From Perna viridis (lineage: Eukaryota), in assembly GCA_037379345.1 (NCBI GenBank), contig CM074521.1:24204704-24268703 (forward strand): a stretch of DNA of 64,000 nucleotides, read 5' to 3'. The notes under the pieces are model-generated. The model did no database searches, was not told where the DNA came from, and worked only from the letters and a program-made list of their open reading frames with translations. The stretch's first letter is position 1. Each line of letters starts with the position of its first letter. Shown in pieces: positions 42,501 to 57,600 of the stretch. The position numbers and the translations under genes are program-made.

Positions 42501-45500
42501 CGTGTTTATCATTTTGTCTTTTCAACAATATAATAAATATCAAGATCAAATATCAAGCCTTCCATTTAGCAAATGATTTTTGTACTTTTCTGAAATACAA
42601 TTGAGAAAAAAAATTAAAAATTAGAATTTTTGAAAAATAGTGATAATAGTCCCATTCACTTGTACAATGAAACAATTCAGTTAAAAAATACGCAAGCCGA
42701 GTAAACGAGTCTTAAAAACCAAAGAAATTGGTAAATTCCATGACTCTAGTGTAGTTGGTCACAATACAAATCTTATAGGACTGTCCTCAATGACATCCCC
42801 AAGTCAAGGTTTTTGAGTCCACTTTCGCTCAAACCTGATTTGAAAGGATGCTTTAATTACCATTTCAATATCACTTCAAACCAAAGATATTCAGTCTGGA
42901 TATTTATGTTAAGTGTTTGTTGAAATTAAATTAGTCTAAGCTATCAACATTAGGATAATACATCAACAGATAAAATGATATCCTCCAGGAGCCCCTTGTT
43001 AGACATATAAATGTATCCAATAATTTAATTCCTGCTTCTTGTAGAATTGTAATTATTTATTCATGGAAAACTCAACATTTCAAATGAATTTTCGTAACTT
43101 TATTGCTTTTCGAGGAGATCTCCCTTTAAGCTATCGTCTACCAGTTTTAGACAAATGCAAAATCATTTCTTCAAATTCTCGTTTCCCTCAAGTTTTAATA
43201 TAAATGAAGTATCTAGTACTTGCTATTTTAGATGGTTAATAGTTTCATTACTTTTTTATTAGTCCTTTAAAATTAATGCATTTATCATTCTTTGGCTAAA
43301 AGCGGTAGTAGGCAAAATATAAATCAGATGTTCTCGTGTAAAAACGTTATGAACATAGAAGTCAAGTCTTTAAAACCAATGAACACGAGTAAAAAAAGGA
43401 GAAAGTATCAAAATGTAAACTAAAACGAAACAAAATATCTTATTGATAAATATGATGCGTAATTGCAAATGAAAAACTTCATATATGCCGTAAGTTTTTA
43501 CGATGCAAAAATTTTGTTGGACTGTATATGGATTGAATACAGGGGAAGATCCAGAGATATCAAATCTGGACATTTGTAAAGCAAAAAACTAAATTTTTTG
43601 TCAAAACTTGTGTTGACACAAGAGGCTTTAATTGTTGGAATATTTACTTTGGCCAAAACCTAAGGCACAGAAAAATGTCATAAAATAAAGTGTTTTTTTT
43701 TTCAAAATTTTGCTCCATTCGCATTAAGGTTTGGTCAAACAACACCTTGTGAATCAGAGATATCTACATTGTCAATACAAGAATAACGACTCCAAAAAAA
43801 TCTAAAATAAATTATTCCGTTCATACATGTAATATTTCGAAGTGACATGTAAAATCGAAATAAGATGAATATCATAAAACGAGTATATTTATATCAAACA
43901 CAAGTTTGCTGATGCTGGTAACATTCCTAACGTTAGTCACCTTGGCTTTAATCAAAAATCTGTCATGTTTTGTTATTACAAGATCTAATTTTTACAGAAT
44001 GTATGGGTGGTATCGTATCCAAATGCTTGTTAAATAAGAAGAACTGTTTATATAAAAACAAAGCCGCTGACAGACAAACAATTAGAGCGCATATACAAGA
44101 TATTTACCGTCTGAAGCTTTCCTACAATTTACTTGTAATTGTTTAACCCACGTTTCATGCAATGTCATGACATGTTGCTGTAATGAGACATAATTTCATC
44201 CGTTTTGAGCTTGTGTCATTTTGTGGCTGTCTAGATATGATAATACAAAGGTTTGCCGAGCACAGCACGATACGACCGAATGGTGATACCCTGATCATTG
44301 GCGGGGTGGGGGGTCGGTGGTTATGGCCACAATATTAATTTTAAGACACACGTAAGCATAGAGACTCACTATTTATTATAAATTTAAATGAATAAATTTC
44401 GAAATCAGACCAAAATGAGGGATCCAAGATTTTTTTTCAAATCGGACCATAAAATAAAATTGCTTTTTTTTCGGGTGTGGCCCCTTTGACTTCTTATAAC
44501 TCGAAGACCGTAAGAAATATCTGAAATCTGATAGAAGAACGCAGACAGGGATTTTTGTGAAGAATCCAATAAAAAAATCCAAATCGGACCATATTTATTT
44601 TTTAAATTTGATTTTTTAGGCGTTGCCCGACTTTGATCCACTATTACTTAAAAACGACCAAAACAAATAAGATCTGCTGATACAATTGTTTACCAAAATT
44701 CATTCAGGAACACAATAAAAAAAATTGAATTGATATCGAAAAAAAAAGATTCTACATGGGTTTTAATCAAACAAATATTTTCCCTCATTTTCGTCCTTTT
44801 TTGTAGGGCCACAAAGTCCAAATTAAATAAGAATCTTCTTTTAGTTGTAGGTAAATCATATCAAAATTTAAGAACAGTTGGTCAACCACAACTAAAGTTA
44901 TCGCACGGAGACGAAGTATCCCAAAACGACGACGACGCCGACGATGACTGTGCCATGACATTATACGATCGCAATTTTTTTTGCGGTCGTGTAAGAATTG
45001 GGAAAAAATGGATGATTTTTTTTAAACTGAAATGTGCCTTTACCACTACCTATCCTCAAGATCTGTTTCTGGTACCTCGGTTTCCACCAGTATTTTAATG
45101 TTTAACATGGTATCTCCCTTCAAATTATTAATTACAAGAAACGAGAATAGTCGATGACATAATGTTCAACATTACAATTTAAGTTAACAGTCAAAACAGT
45201 CAATGTCCTGTAAGGAGGACGTTGGAACTGTTTCCGGCAAACATGACATATAAGTTGTGGTCCAATGAAAGAAATCATTCTAAAATAGAAACTGACAAAA
45301 TGTCAATCTAGCAATGGATTACGTGCACAAAGACGAGTTTACAGTAATACAAACACAATCTAGACAGATGTGCAATAAAGTGCAGCATGAAAGGTAGGAG
45401 AAGACACCACCATCAGCATTCCAGACACCCGATGTTTAACGAAGAACTTTATATTTTGATAGTGTATGTTTCAGAACCTACTGAAGCTATTTGATGTCTG

Positions 45501-48500
45501 CTATCTTAGTGATAGTATAATTAGCAAATCGGAGGAAATGTTACGGATATAAATAAAACTGTGGAAAGATAAACAGAACCTGTGCAATATTTTAAGATTT
45601 CACAGAAATGTTATAATAATAAACATTGAAAAGATTACGTATGCTTAGCCAAAATGCCATCAGAATTAATCAAGGAAATTGTAAAAATTGGACATAAATG
45701 AACCAAACATCGTGTTCTTCGAAGCAGTAAATTTGCAACGTATCAATCTAATGTCACCTTGCCTTCCTCGTACCCGGCTGCTTCTCCATCGAAGAAAGAA
45801 GGGTTCAACGTTAACCGTACACATACCTTTAAACGTCCACTTTTTTTAACATCTCAGCCTCCATAAACTTCCCTACCCTAATCACCCAAAACCACTTCTT
45901 ACCCACAAATATTGTTCAAGTTTCACAATATATGAACTTTGAAATATTGAAACCTCGAGTGCAAGTAATAAAATTACTATGCTTGCAACAATGAAATGGC
46001 TTTAGAGTACCCTAAAGGGAATTTGTATTCACAAATGTTAAGTTTCCTTTTAGCACTATACCAATCATAAATCAAATAAAAGCACTTTCTGAAATGCCAT
46101 GAGAGAATCAAGAGGTTTACAGACAAGACAAGAACTTGACACTTACAGAATAATTTGCTCAAAACTGCATTTTGCAGTTTTGACTTACTATCATGAAATA
46201 AGTATCTCCAGTACAAATTTGAGTTAAGTGAGTTTGAAGTAAGATAGTCGAGAGAAAGTTCGGCCGAGGGTCCAGGGGAGCTAAAGATCAACAGTGGGTT
46301 CAAAGCAAAAACATAGTAAGGTGCAAGGAGGTAAGCCATGACATGATTTTGAAATACATTCCTTCCTTTAAAAGCCTCTTGTATACATTTCATTTCATAA
46401 GCAAAGTATGAGAAATATGCAAAAATGAATTCAGGAAATATGCCTTTTTTTAAATTGCGATATAATCGTTCGTTTTGGCTCTAATTTAATTATGAATCCT
46501 ATTAAAACACATGTGATATAGAGTTAGTTTCATATCAGATTTGTTTTTGTTTTATTTTATTTTTTGTTTTGTTTTATTGTGGTACTGTTTTGTTTTTGTT
46601 TTTCATTATTTAGATGAAAAATTTCATGAAAAGATTGCACTGTAAATTAGTTATCCGAATCAACATGGCATGAATATTTGATATTAATTTGTTATATGGA
46701 TAATGTGTTATTTTAACTTACATATTCTTGCAACCCTGCAGTCCCTTTCAACAAAGCCGATATGGGGTTTAATAAAGTATAAGATACAAACGTCGGGGCA
46801 AAAATTTAAGTTGATTAATTCAGGATTAAAATTTTGATCCTATGGCACCCTTTTAGGAACAAATTGATCCTCCCTGTGCGCATGAATCGATGCCCAATGT
46901 GTCCATATGTTGTAGTTATGAAGTAATAGTAACTACACCCTATTAGAAAGTAATTTCACTAAAGTGATATCTGCAACCATCAAGCACGTCTGACGTATTC
47001 AAGAACGAAGTTAATTGAAAGCATTTCCTTTCATAACCAAAGAAAACATCGTGCATAAAGAGACTGAGGTGAATCGGAGTTACAATGGAGGTACTGAAGA
47101 CTAAATAGGCCCGGATGCATGTATCACAATGGACTAAAAAAATGTACATGTATACACTAAAGTAAACAAATATCCCTCGAGGCCTCAATCATTCTTACAT
47201 ACTAGTACACACAGGCCGAGTGCATTTCAACTGCAGTTGATTTCAGTAAAATACATGTAAATGCATCTAAAATTCTAACATTGACTGAATTGTCCTGAAT
47301 TACTTTGTTATAACCTGTAATGTTGTTAATTGAAATACGAACGTGCCATTCATAGCGCATATTCAACTTTTGCCGGTCATATAAAATGATTTATAGCATG
47401 AACATTACAAATATTTACCCTCGCAGAATACAAGTTCCACTCGTAAGGTCGTAAAAAAGATTACAACCCTGACAACATTCTCAAATATGGTTTGGACAAC
47501 AATTGAAATGCTGTAGTTCTGTCCATTCAGTATTGAATGTCCAGTTCAGACTATATGTATAGCATTGTCTCCTCTAAGAGAGATTTGTTTTCAATGCAAT
47601 TTTTTAGATTTCTTTAACTTGTGAATGAAATTAGTATTTTATTGGAAAAGTCGAAGCAATAATTAAACTGTCGGAGTTAACAAGAGCCAAGATTCACCGT
47701 TTTAGGCAAGCCTAATGAGAACTTAAAATTTTTTTTTTTCATGTTTAATTTACAAACCCTCGTGTAAGTACTAAATAGCCTTGTGATTGAAGGCTTATTC
47801 TAAAGACCATATGAAGCACCAGAAACCTTGACAAATTCATGAAATATTTTAAAAGAGCGATTAATTTGTTGTTTATGATACAAATACCGACAAACCGTAG
47901 ACTTGAAAAAGTATTAAGTCTGACAAATCGAATCTGAAGACTTCCTTTCTCGATATTATCACGATAGTCTGATAAAAAACGCATGATTGTATACATGTAT
48001 CAAGAAATGATCTTACTGATGAAATAACATGTCAATCTAACCCATTGCTAAGACTCGGAATTATTGGCAAGAATTCTGACAAATGGCTTAAATCCATTCC
48101 GGTTGTGCCAGCTGGCAATTGATGAGTATGTCGTATACTATAGGTAATCTGGTTGTGTAATTGGTTTTCAAAAATGAAAGATATGGCGTCAGCAATAATA
48201 CAGTTAATATATTTACATGTATATGTAGACTAAATTTGTCGGGAGATAGTGGTGGATACGGGGTTTGGAGTTGGCTTCAATCTCCGCTCTAATTTGCAAA
48301 GCGTACCGGTACTTTGTCTTCAAAGGAAAGGACATCAGCAATGATCAGACTGCATCAATATTGTTCTTGAAAGTTTCATCGTGCAAGAAAGTTTCACCGT
48401 GGAAAACTGTTTTGCTTTAATCACGACAAGAATCTTAATTGCATATTTAACACCCTCAGAAAACTAAAATGCACCAACTCTTAAAATCTGCCACAGTATA

Positions 48501-48591
48501 TAATCCAACAGTTTAGATTATACCAGCATACACTTACGCGTCGCATTTTTTTTAATTTTTGTTATGTTATGTTTTGTTTTGTTTTGTTTTG

Positions 48592-48631
<40 letters not shown>

Positions 48632-51600
48632 GTTTTTGTATCCGCATGGATGCGAATTACATAATGTATCAAAAAGTAATCCGTCAGATAATATAATATG
48701 TTAATAAACCTTAATGTTCCGCTATAGGTACTTGGCAACCTTTTCACAGCAAATTCATGATAGTTAAAACTTTGTCAGTTAAAAAAAGAATTTCAAATGA
48801 TAATATAATAATAACACAAATCGACGCTTTACGTACCACTCCAGCTAAGGATCAAAATGTGATTTATGGGTAGAAAGCCTACATATTTTTATTTTTTATA
48901 TTTTGTTTGAAATGTCATAGAAAACAGAAATTAACATGTGGTTTTTCATATAACCCGTGCTCTTTGGAGATAAAAATTATATAGAATGCACTGTAGATTT
49001 CAAAATTAAGGGCGATAACCCTGTAAATCACGCTCAAATACAATAGAATCTACTGGATTTTCAATGTTGATTATCTCCTAAGAGCAGGCAGATTTGAATG
49101 AATAATTACTCATTTCATAGTATAGACCCATAAAACAACTTAATTACAAAAATAAAAATATGAAGCCTTTTTTGGGGTGTATCACATTTTTCAGATTTTG
49201 CATGATTCTTACAAAGACAGCTACTTCATATTTGAAAAGATCACACAATTGGCGAAACTAAATGGATGTTAGACAAAAAGTATCAATTTCGTGTTAAACG
49301 TAGTTCTCAATTTATCTTATTTGATGCAACGATTTGTGCTATAATTTGATGTAATGGTAAACTTGTGAAATTCAAATCTGAAGCAGTAACACCAGAATGT
49401 AAGGGTGTCTATATTGTCACCGACTATTACAATTTTAGTTAGTATGTGCACTCAAATATCTATAATTTACACAAACATTTTATATCGGCTAACTTTGTAG
49501 GAATTTAAGGACACTTAATTTTCTAGAATAAAATGCTTTGCTGAGCCAGCTTGTAAGACCGCAAAGGTTGAACCCTTAACAGTTCGGGCAAGGATTGACA
49601 CACGATACAACTTGATACATATAACAAATTCGGTTGCGATTAGACATTTTCGATAGGATAAAAATTTGAGCAGAATCAAAGTGGTCCATTTATTTTTAAT
49701 TCATACATAATTCAAGTTACAATCCTTATCAACCATTCCTAGACTTCCGATGGAGGTTTGGCACTTCGTGGTACAGTATGGCAAAATAATATATATTCAC
49801 TTTCAGTTAAGTTTTATTCTTAAATAGTTCAAATGACAACTCCCAAAATCAATTCCAACTTACCCTGTGTAGACAATGGTACAACTTCATAAAGATCCAT
49901 TCACATAGTTTATGATAAAGTTATAATTGCCCGGAAATCATGAAAATGTTTGTTTCTGGCCAGTTTTTGGTCCCTAATTCCTAAAAGGTTCAAGTCACAA
50001 CCCCCAAAATCGATCCCAGATTTCCTTTTGCTGGTATATCAACCTTTGGATCAATTTTATAAAGATCTTTCACTTATAAACCGGTTATAATCATGTTATT
50101 GTCAAGCTATCATAAAAGTGCATGTTTCGGGCACCTATTTGACCTTACCTCTTACAAGGTTCAAGCCACAACCCAAAAATCAAGCCTAGCTTTCCTTTTT
50201 GTGGCATGGTTTCCGGTGGTATAATTTCATTAGGATCCATACACTTACATCCTTGTGTTATCGTCTAGAAATCAAATTATCTAAGGACGACGATGAAGAC
50301 GATGCAGACAACGACAGCATGATTTCATTATACGACCGCAAGTTCATGTGTTGCCGTCGTATGAAAATGTTTCCCTGATAGACATAATTTTTCTGCAAGG
50401 GCCTTCTAATCATAGATGGGTCCGATCCCCTTTTTCAAGCTCTAAAATTTACTTGATTATAATGAAGTAAACTGGATATCAAAGGCGCTATTCCGAATTT
50501 CAGCATCCGCCATTGCTAGTATAGAAAAAGATTTTTCAAATGCTGGGTAATGAAGTATTAACTGTCTTTTAAGAACCAGTTGATTACAGAAGTAGCAGAA
50601 GGCTAACTTGATATTGTTCATAAATATTTGTTACTTAGTAATAGATAAACAATCATCGCAGACGATATTTTCGCGAGCCAGCGAATAGCAAAAATAACAG
50701 CGTTGCCGAACTTATTGGTAAAGCAATACAAACCTCAACAGTTTGTAAGAAACACATGTGCTAAAATCTGTGCAAAGAATTCAGATAATTACATAAATCA
50801 CACATCTTAGTAATGCTCGTATCTTATACTTTTCAATTTCTTGTATTTATAAGAAATCATCGTATGTCACCAATTACATAATTATGTCATATAAATCTCC
50901 TACAAGTACGCAAAGGATGTATTAATCACAAATGTTACGAACAACGATTAAAAAACATGCATACGGTTCGTAAAATTGAAAACTGAACATGCATGCATCA
51001 GACGTTTGAGCCTCGTGCAGATCCGGGTGTTAAAAGAATAGGCCTGCAGCAGCACTAAGCTTGTCGTAAAAGGCGACTAAATAGTGCTCAGAACCCTAGC
51101 CAGGGGCTAGAGCGCTCTGCCCACAGAGCAACTGGGATGTGTGCCCCAGGTGGTGGAATGGGGTACCCCTGGCGTGTTACATGCTGGGGTTGTCAGGCTA
51201 TAATACGGAAAACCTGATTGCCAACCATAGTGGTGCACCGTGCTGGGAAAAATGCCACGTTCCTCGCACTCTAAAGAACCCTACTGTGGTATTCTCCCCT
51301 GAGTAGGAACCATAGGGTTCCGCCACAGAAGGCTAAATTGCCCGACCCTACCCACCTCTCCCCATTTCCAGTGGCAATCAAAATTTGTCGACCCCATTGT
51401 CCTTGTGTCCCATCCCTTTTTCATTTCATCATCGTTTCATGTTCATTTTATCATCAATTTCATGTTCATCGTCTGAATATAGCTGAAATAGTGCTGCTCG
51501 GACGTTAAACCCCAACAAACAAACAATCAGACGTTTGATTGATATTTTATAAGAATTGCTTCTTTGTGTTGACTGTGTTTAATCTTGCGTTCAGTGTTTG

Positions 51601-54600
51601 GCTTTATTGTTAATAAATGCGAACAAGGCAAAATCGTTTCAGGAATTTTATACAAGGAACCATTAGATCAAAAGCGCAAACAAAATGTGCAATATTTCCA
51701 ATAGAGCCTTGGTTTTGAAGGTCATCAATGGTGAATAGGAAAAGAAAGAGACTCAGACAAGCATGTACAAACCAAATAAATGGCAAGTTCTTGTTGTTTC
51801 TAGTTTTTGTCATGATATTACGTCGCTAGCGAAGCTCAATGTATCTTATGGCTATAGGGCAAGTCAGTACCGTATCAAGGCCAATTGGGAGTAAATGCAT
51901 TTACAGCTTCCTATTATAGTAAAATGGTCAATATCCTGCAAACTTATTTTACGAAGAGTGCAGTTGCTCAATTTGTAAATATGGTAAGGCATTGATCGTT
52001 GATAAAGACCGGAAGTGAGTTTCGGCGGAAGTAACTCATTTTTCAACCCTTCTTCCTTATTGCTTTTCAAGTGTTTTTATGTTCATCATTTGCTGTTAAT
52101 TTTTTAAATAACAAATTACTTACAATTAAACCATAAAAGACTTCCTGAAAAATCTGCGCTTGGTTTTACCAAGTTATAAATCGAACATTAAGCTCTATAT
52201 TTAGAAGAGTTCCCGCCATTACGATGGTACTGTATGCTATAATTAGACCACGTTATAGTCTAGCGTTGGTAAAGTTATAGTGATTTCATTACCAATATCA
52301 TGATTTTGTAAAGAAAAACGACGTACAATTGACTATTACGAGATCATCAGCTCGTAAAACTGAGGTATATATTTGAATCACGCAATGTGCGAAATATTCA
52401 ATATTCAAAAGTCAACACTGCAACTGATGTGCTTGTCTCTTAATTAAAACGGATTAAGAAACTTGTACGTTCCTATCATATACATGTAGGTATAAGTCTC
52501 CCGACCTTTGCTATCATTGATCGTTTGCCTCGAATAATGTTTCACGTATTGCTGTGGTATGTAAAACCACTGGGATGAATTAAGAGACTGTCCATTTAGA
52601 AACCAGGCAGTTCCTATCACATGGATGGCACATGGTAAATTTTATCGAACTGAATTTTTTTTTTGTTCCAATGTAATGTTTACATCATTTATAATGTATG
52701 TGCAATAGCACAAGTTTTTTTTTGGTTTTTTTTAATAATATTATTCTAAACTTCCCTATTAAGTCAACAAAATTTTGCAGGAAAATGAAAGAGTTATCTC
52801 CCTTTTTCAATGAATTTGAACCGTGGCAGTGAATCAACCAACATTCTTTGAGAAAGGATGCATATGTGATATGAAACAGATGATGTTTTATTAAAAGCAT
52901 TTCAAATTTTGTTATGTGCCACCCACTGCCTGGTTTTTGCGTTGACACCCATTTAAAGAGAAATATAAATAAAACGCAACTAGCTTCCCTAAAACTGAGT
53001 GACATTTCATTAAGATATATACCTTTACAAGTTTATAAAGATCTAAACTGATGTCTTATTGGGAATGGTACTTGTACCTTCTCCAACATAAGATAATGAA
53101 TAACACATCTTAATTATTGTCAATAAAGATTCCCAGATTCATCCAGAGTATCAGCAGAGTAATAACACGAAACAAAATTGATTAGTATATTACTTGTGGA
53201 GACTTAATTAATTGTCTTTGATATGATAGCTTTATAGTCACTAAAAATAACACGGCTTTATTTACAGTTCCTTTAATACCGGTAGACTCATCCTTCATAA
53301 TCTCCAAACAAATTCTTCGACAGACAAATATGCCAACTCATTTCAAGGGGGAATCTGGTTATCTTCTATACATTTTGGACCATCAGTAGAGAGCTTAAAC
53401 TAAGCCAACTATTTACAATATATATGCGCCTACTAAGTGCATACGTCCTTGTACATCTGATCATTTTTGTACCGATTGTTCATTTGGTTGCACCGATATC
53501 TAAGCTCTGTTTAACACCAAGGCTGTAATTTTATATACACGGAATTGTGATTCTTCTTTTAGTGTACACAGGACCCTTCAAGTAAAGAGGTTTCTTTTAA
53601 AAGAGCATCTTTTAGTTTTGTTTTTGGGAGTGGAAGGGTATTTCATTTATTTATTTATTTATTTTTTTATTTATTTATATTTGTTCGTTTGTTTATTTCT
53701 TTCTTGTTGTTTTGTTCTGGCTATATAATTTTAGATTTTCTCTGTTGCTACTGAATTAAACATTCTGACTATTACCAAGCGACTTCTAGGATCAAACTAT
53801 TCATTTCATTTCAAACAGCAACAAGTTCAAACAGTTGAATTTTATACACCTTAAAATATTACACTTAATTGTGTGAAACCCAAATCCCAATAAGAGACTT
53901 GTCGGCCAGTGTTTTGTGTTCAGACTTACTGCCATGTTTATTTTATAATCGTGTAACTTCTTGGGATACGGTTTAATATGAAGCAAAGCAAAAAATATCA
54001 TAACAACAGACCGGGAATATGTCGGTAGGAGCACTATTGGGCTTCATGGACCAAATTATTTCTCTAACAATAAACAATTCTTTATTACACGACGACAATG
54101 ACTACATGGGAAATATGATATTAAAGAATAAAGATATACAGCAAAAATGTTGAAATTCAATTCCGTCTCGTCCAGTGACTGTTACTTAATGTAGCAATTG
54201 CATCAATAAAATTCATTTTATATAATAGCACATTGAAATCTGATTATCATTAAAACACGCCTACGTCACATTGCGGAGATATATTGCTTCATGTACTTCT
54301 TAAAATTCTAACGACTCTATACATAGTATTTATGCTTAACAATGTATTAAGTTTTTAAATCTTGCAATTCAATTTTTTTCTGAAACTACAAGTAAGTCTG
54401 AGTCAAAGTGGATCTAAGGAAGCCTTTGGTCCGCTTCTCCTCGCTTTATGACAGAAAAGTCTGGTCAACTATACAGAAAAAAATAGGAAATCACTGGACT
54501 CAGAAGTTGTCCTCCCCTATTTAACCAGCCCGCATAGCCACACATCCCCACCCCCAATCATTTCGGAGTTTCTGGATGCGCTGCTGTTAACTGGTCCATG

Positions 54601-57600
54601 GACGACCAATCTAATTCAGAGGAGTTGGGTAGAATTAAGATAAATGGGTTGGGATGCAAACTCACGAAGGAATATCTTACCCAAGATATGTCTACAACCA
54701 TTGACAAATGTCACATCTATAGACCAATCATGGCCTTATTCAAGATAAAACTGTATGTCTTTAATCCACGATCTATGCCATATCCACATACACGTTTGCC
54801 TATCTCGTCTTGCCCAATATACATGTAAATCGACAATCTTTGATGTATAACGCACCCATGGCAATCATGATAAATCTTAAATCCTTAATCTACAGACTCG
54901 TTTGCCAATCATGGCAAAGTCCAAGATATGTCTACGACAATTGATCTGTGCCATACCTTAACACCCATTTACCCATCATGATCTTAGCAATTCCCTCAAT
55001 ATGTCAATCTTAGGCCTATTCCACAACTACTGACCCGTTTCCTCATCATAGACATACCCAAAATATGTCTACGATAATTGATCTCTGCCACATGCACCTA
55101 CAAACCCGTTTGTCCATCACTACCTTATCCTATATATGGTTGGATATATATCGTGACCATATCCACAATATGCCTACAGTAGTTGATCTCTGCCACACCT
55201 ACAGATCTGTTTGCCCATCATGGCCTTAACCAAGATATGTTTACGTGATCTCTTACATGTACAAATTTACAGACCATTTGCACATCATGGACTTACCCAC
55301 AATATGTCTATGTAACACCCATACAGACCAGTTTGCTAATCATGTCCTTACTCAAGATAAGTTTAAATGATTTCTGACACAACTACAGACTCGTTTGCAC
55401 ATCAATGACTTAACCACGATATGTCTATGTAAAACCTACATAGACCCGTTTAATTGCGGATCATGGCCAAACCCAAGATACATGTATGTCTACAATAATT
55501 GATCTCTTCCTCACCTACAGACCAGTTTGCCCATAATGGCATAACCCAATACAATGTATATGTTTACATGATCTCTGTCACACCTAGAGACGCGTTTGCC
55601 CACCGTGATATTATACGTAAGATATGTCTACAATCATTGACCTAGCTATGCCACAGACATATAGACATGTTAGCCGATCATGGCCTTACCTGACCTAGCT
55701 ATGCCACACTATACAGACATGTTTGCCCATCATGGCCTTACCTAAGTCTGAGTAATTGTCATTGGCGTAGGGCATTGCCATCCTCGGAATAAAACGGTTA
55801 TAAAAACAAGAAATCAATTTACTTCAGTAATAAAGGAAGGTCATCATGAGACCATTATCTGTACACGTAAAAAAGTAAAAGCAAAAAGATGTTATTGATG
55901 TACAGAGCTGCATATAAATGCCATTTCTGGTTTAATGGTTAGCCAGCTAGCCATAATAAATGTTTCTATTACGCAAGCTACATATTACTGAGACGGGTCG
56001 ATTCTTGGACATTATATTTGGTCTTTTGTAGATGATATAATATAAATGGTATCTTTTCATTGGCTAAAGAAACTTATTTTTATATATTTGACAAAGGAAT
56101 AATTTATTGGCCAATTTTATCTCCTTGTACATTCTTTAGCTAGTTCAGTTAAAATTCCGATCACCATGATCACTCTACCTCTTCCGGCCAGTCATGCACT
56201 GCATTTCAAATTCTAACTACAAATGTATATAGATATATTCTGGTCAGTAATTGCATTTCAAATCCTACTCAGGTCTAAATTCCAGATCTAGACATTGCAT
56301 TTTCAATTTAATCTCTTTATTTTGGGTCAGAAATTACTTTTTTTTTAGTTCATATCACTTTCCCGAGCAGCCATTAGATTGATGATATAACCTGAAGACC
56401 GTCGATTTCACGGTGGCAACTTGAGTTGACGTGGGACGCGTAAGCGGAGCTGGTAACCGAACATTTACGACAATTACGATTGTCTGCAATTGGAAATATA
56501 TTTGTGAAAATAATAGCTTGGGATCCGGGCTCCTGACTAATCATCATACATTATGAGTGTTCTTGCAGTCAGCAAAAGTTGATGAACTTCAAATTACAGA
56601 ATAAAAAAAATATTTACAGAAAAAATCTGATGAGTCAATTTTTTTTACATGCGAGTGAAAATTACATAAAAATTACATTGATTTTTTTTTTTAAGAAAAA
56701 CAAAAAATGTACATTTTTTCATTTTTCACTACCGCGATCACGAAAGTTTTCATATTAAGTTTTAAGGAGATAAATTTGAAGTGATGTAATTTCTTTGCCA
56801 ATCAGCTTAAAGCTTCTTAACAACAGCATGAAAAACACAAAATACTTGTCAAATCAAAATTTGAGATGTATTAATTTAATCAAAGAAACTCTTGAATTAA
56901 ATTCGATGACAAAAACTATGGCAATATCATTAACTCTAGTGACATCATAGTACCGTAGCTCTTTTCAAGCGCATTTCGGTCTTAAATTTGATAATAAGCA
57001 ACTGTAACCATTCAATGGTTTCCAATTTTACTTTAAAACCTGTTATTTGAAAGACAAATTATTTATTCATTTCAGCGTCTTGTTAACGTTTTTTTTTTAA
57101 TTCAGTACGATACGATTTTCGATAGAATGTCCTTAGATGGAAGTACAAGTGTTATATCGCCTGGTGTACATACGGTATATACTGCAGTAAAGGATTATAC
57201 TAGGTTCTTAAAACCGGTCACGATACAAAATTCAAACCAGTAAACAATGTTCTAAAACGTATTTTTCTTCAAAGTGTAGGCTTTCTTTAACAAGACGAAA
57301 ACTCCCCTTGCTCAAGTTCATTTGCAGGTAAAAAAGATTTTTCTCGGTATCCTCCCCCAACTCAAATTTTCTATACCAGTCAATCAGGATCGTTTGAACT
57401 TAAATTGTGCTCTCAAGGATCAGAGAAATATCACAAATTGAGATTTGTCTTAAACCAGGCTAAGTACATACATTCAATAAATGTGAGACATATTGTTAAA
57501 CATTATAGAACTACATTGGGTGTCCATATGTAAGCGTTTTAATAAGCTAGTGGCCAAGATGTTGTCACGTCAAACAAGGTCATCTCAACCCCTAAAAATG

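Noticed and set aside
39085-56670. Hammerhead ribozyme candidates (CTGANGA near 39130(-), 40350(-), 56392(+), 56627(+))
   Set aside because: None has GAAA, stem II, stem III and stem I all correctly placed.
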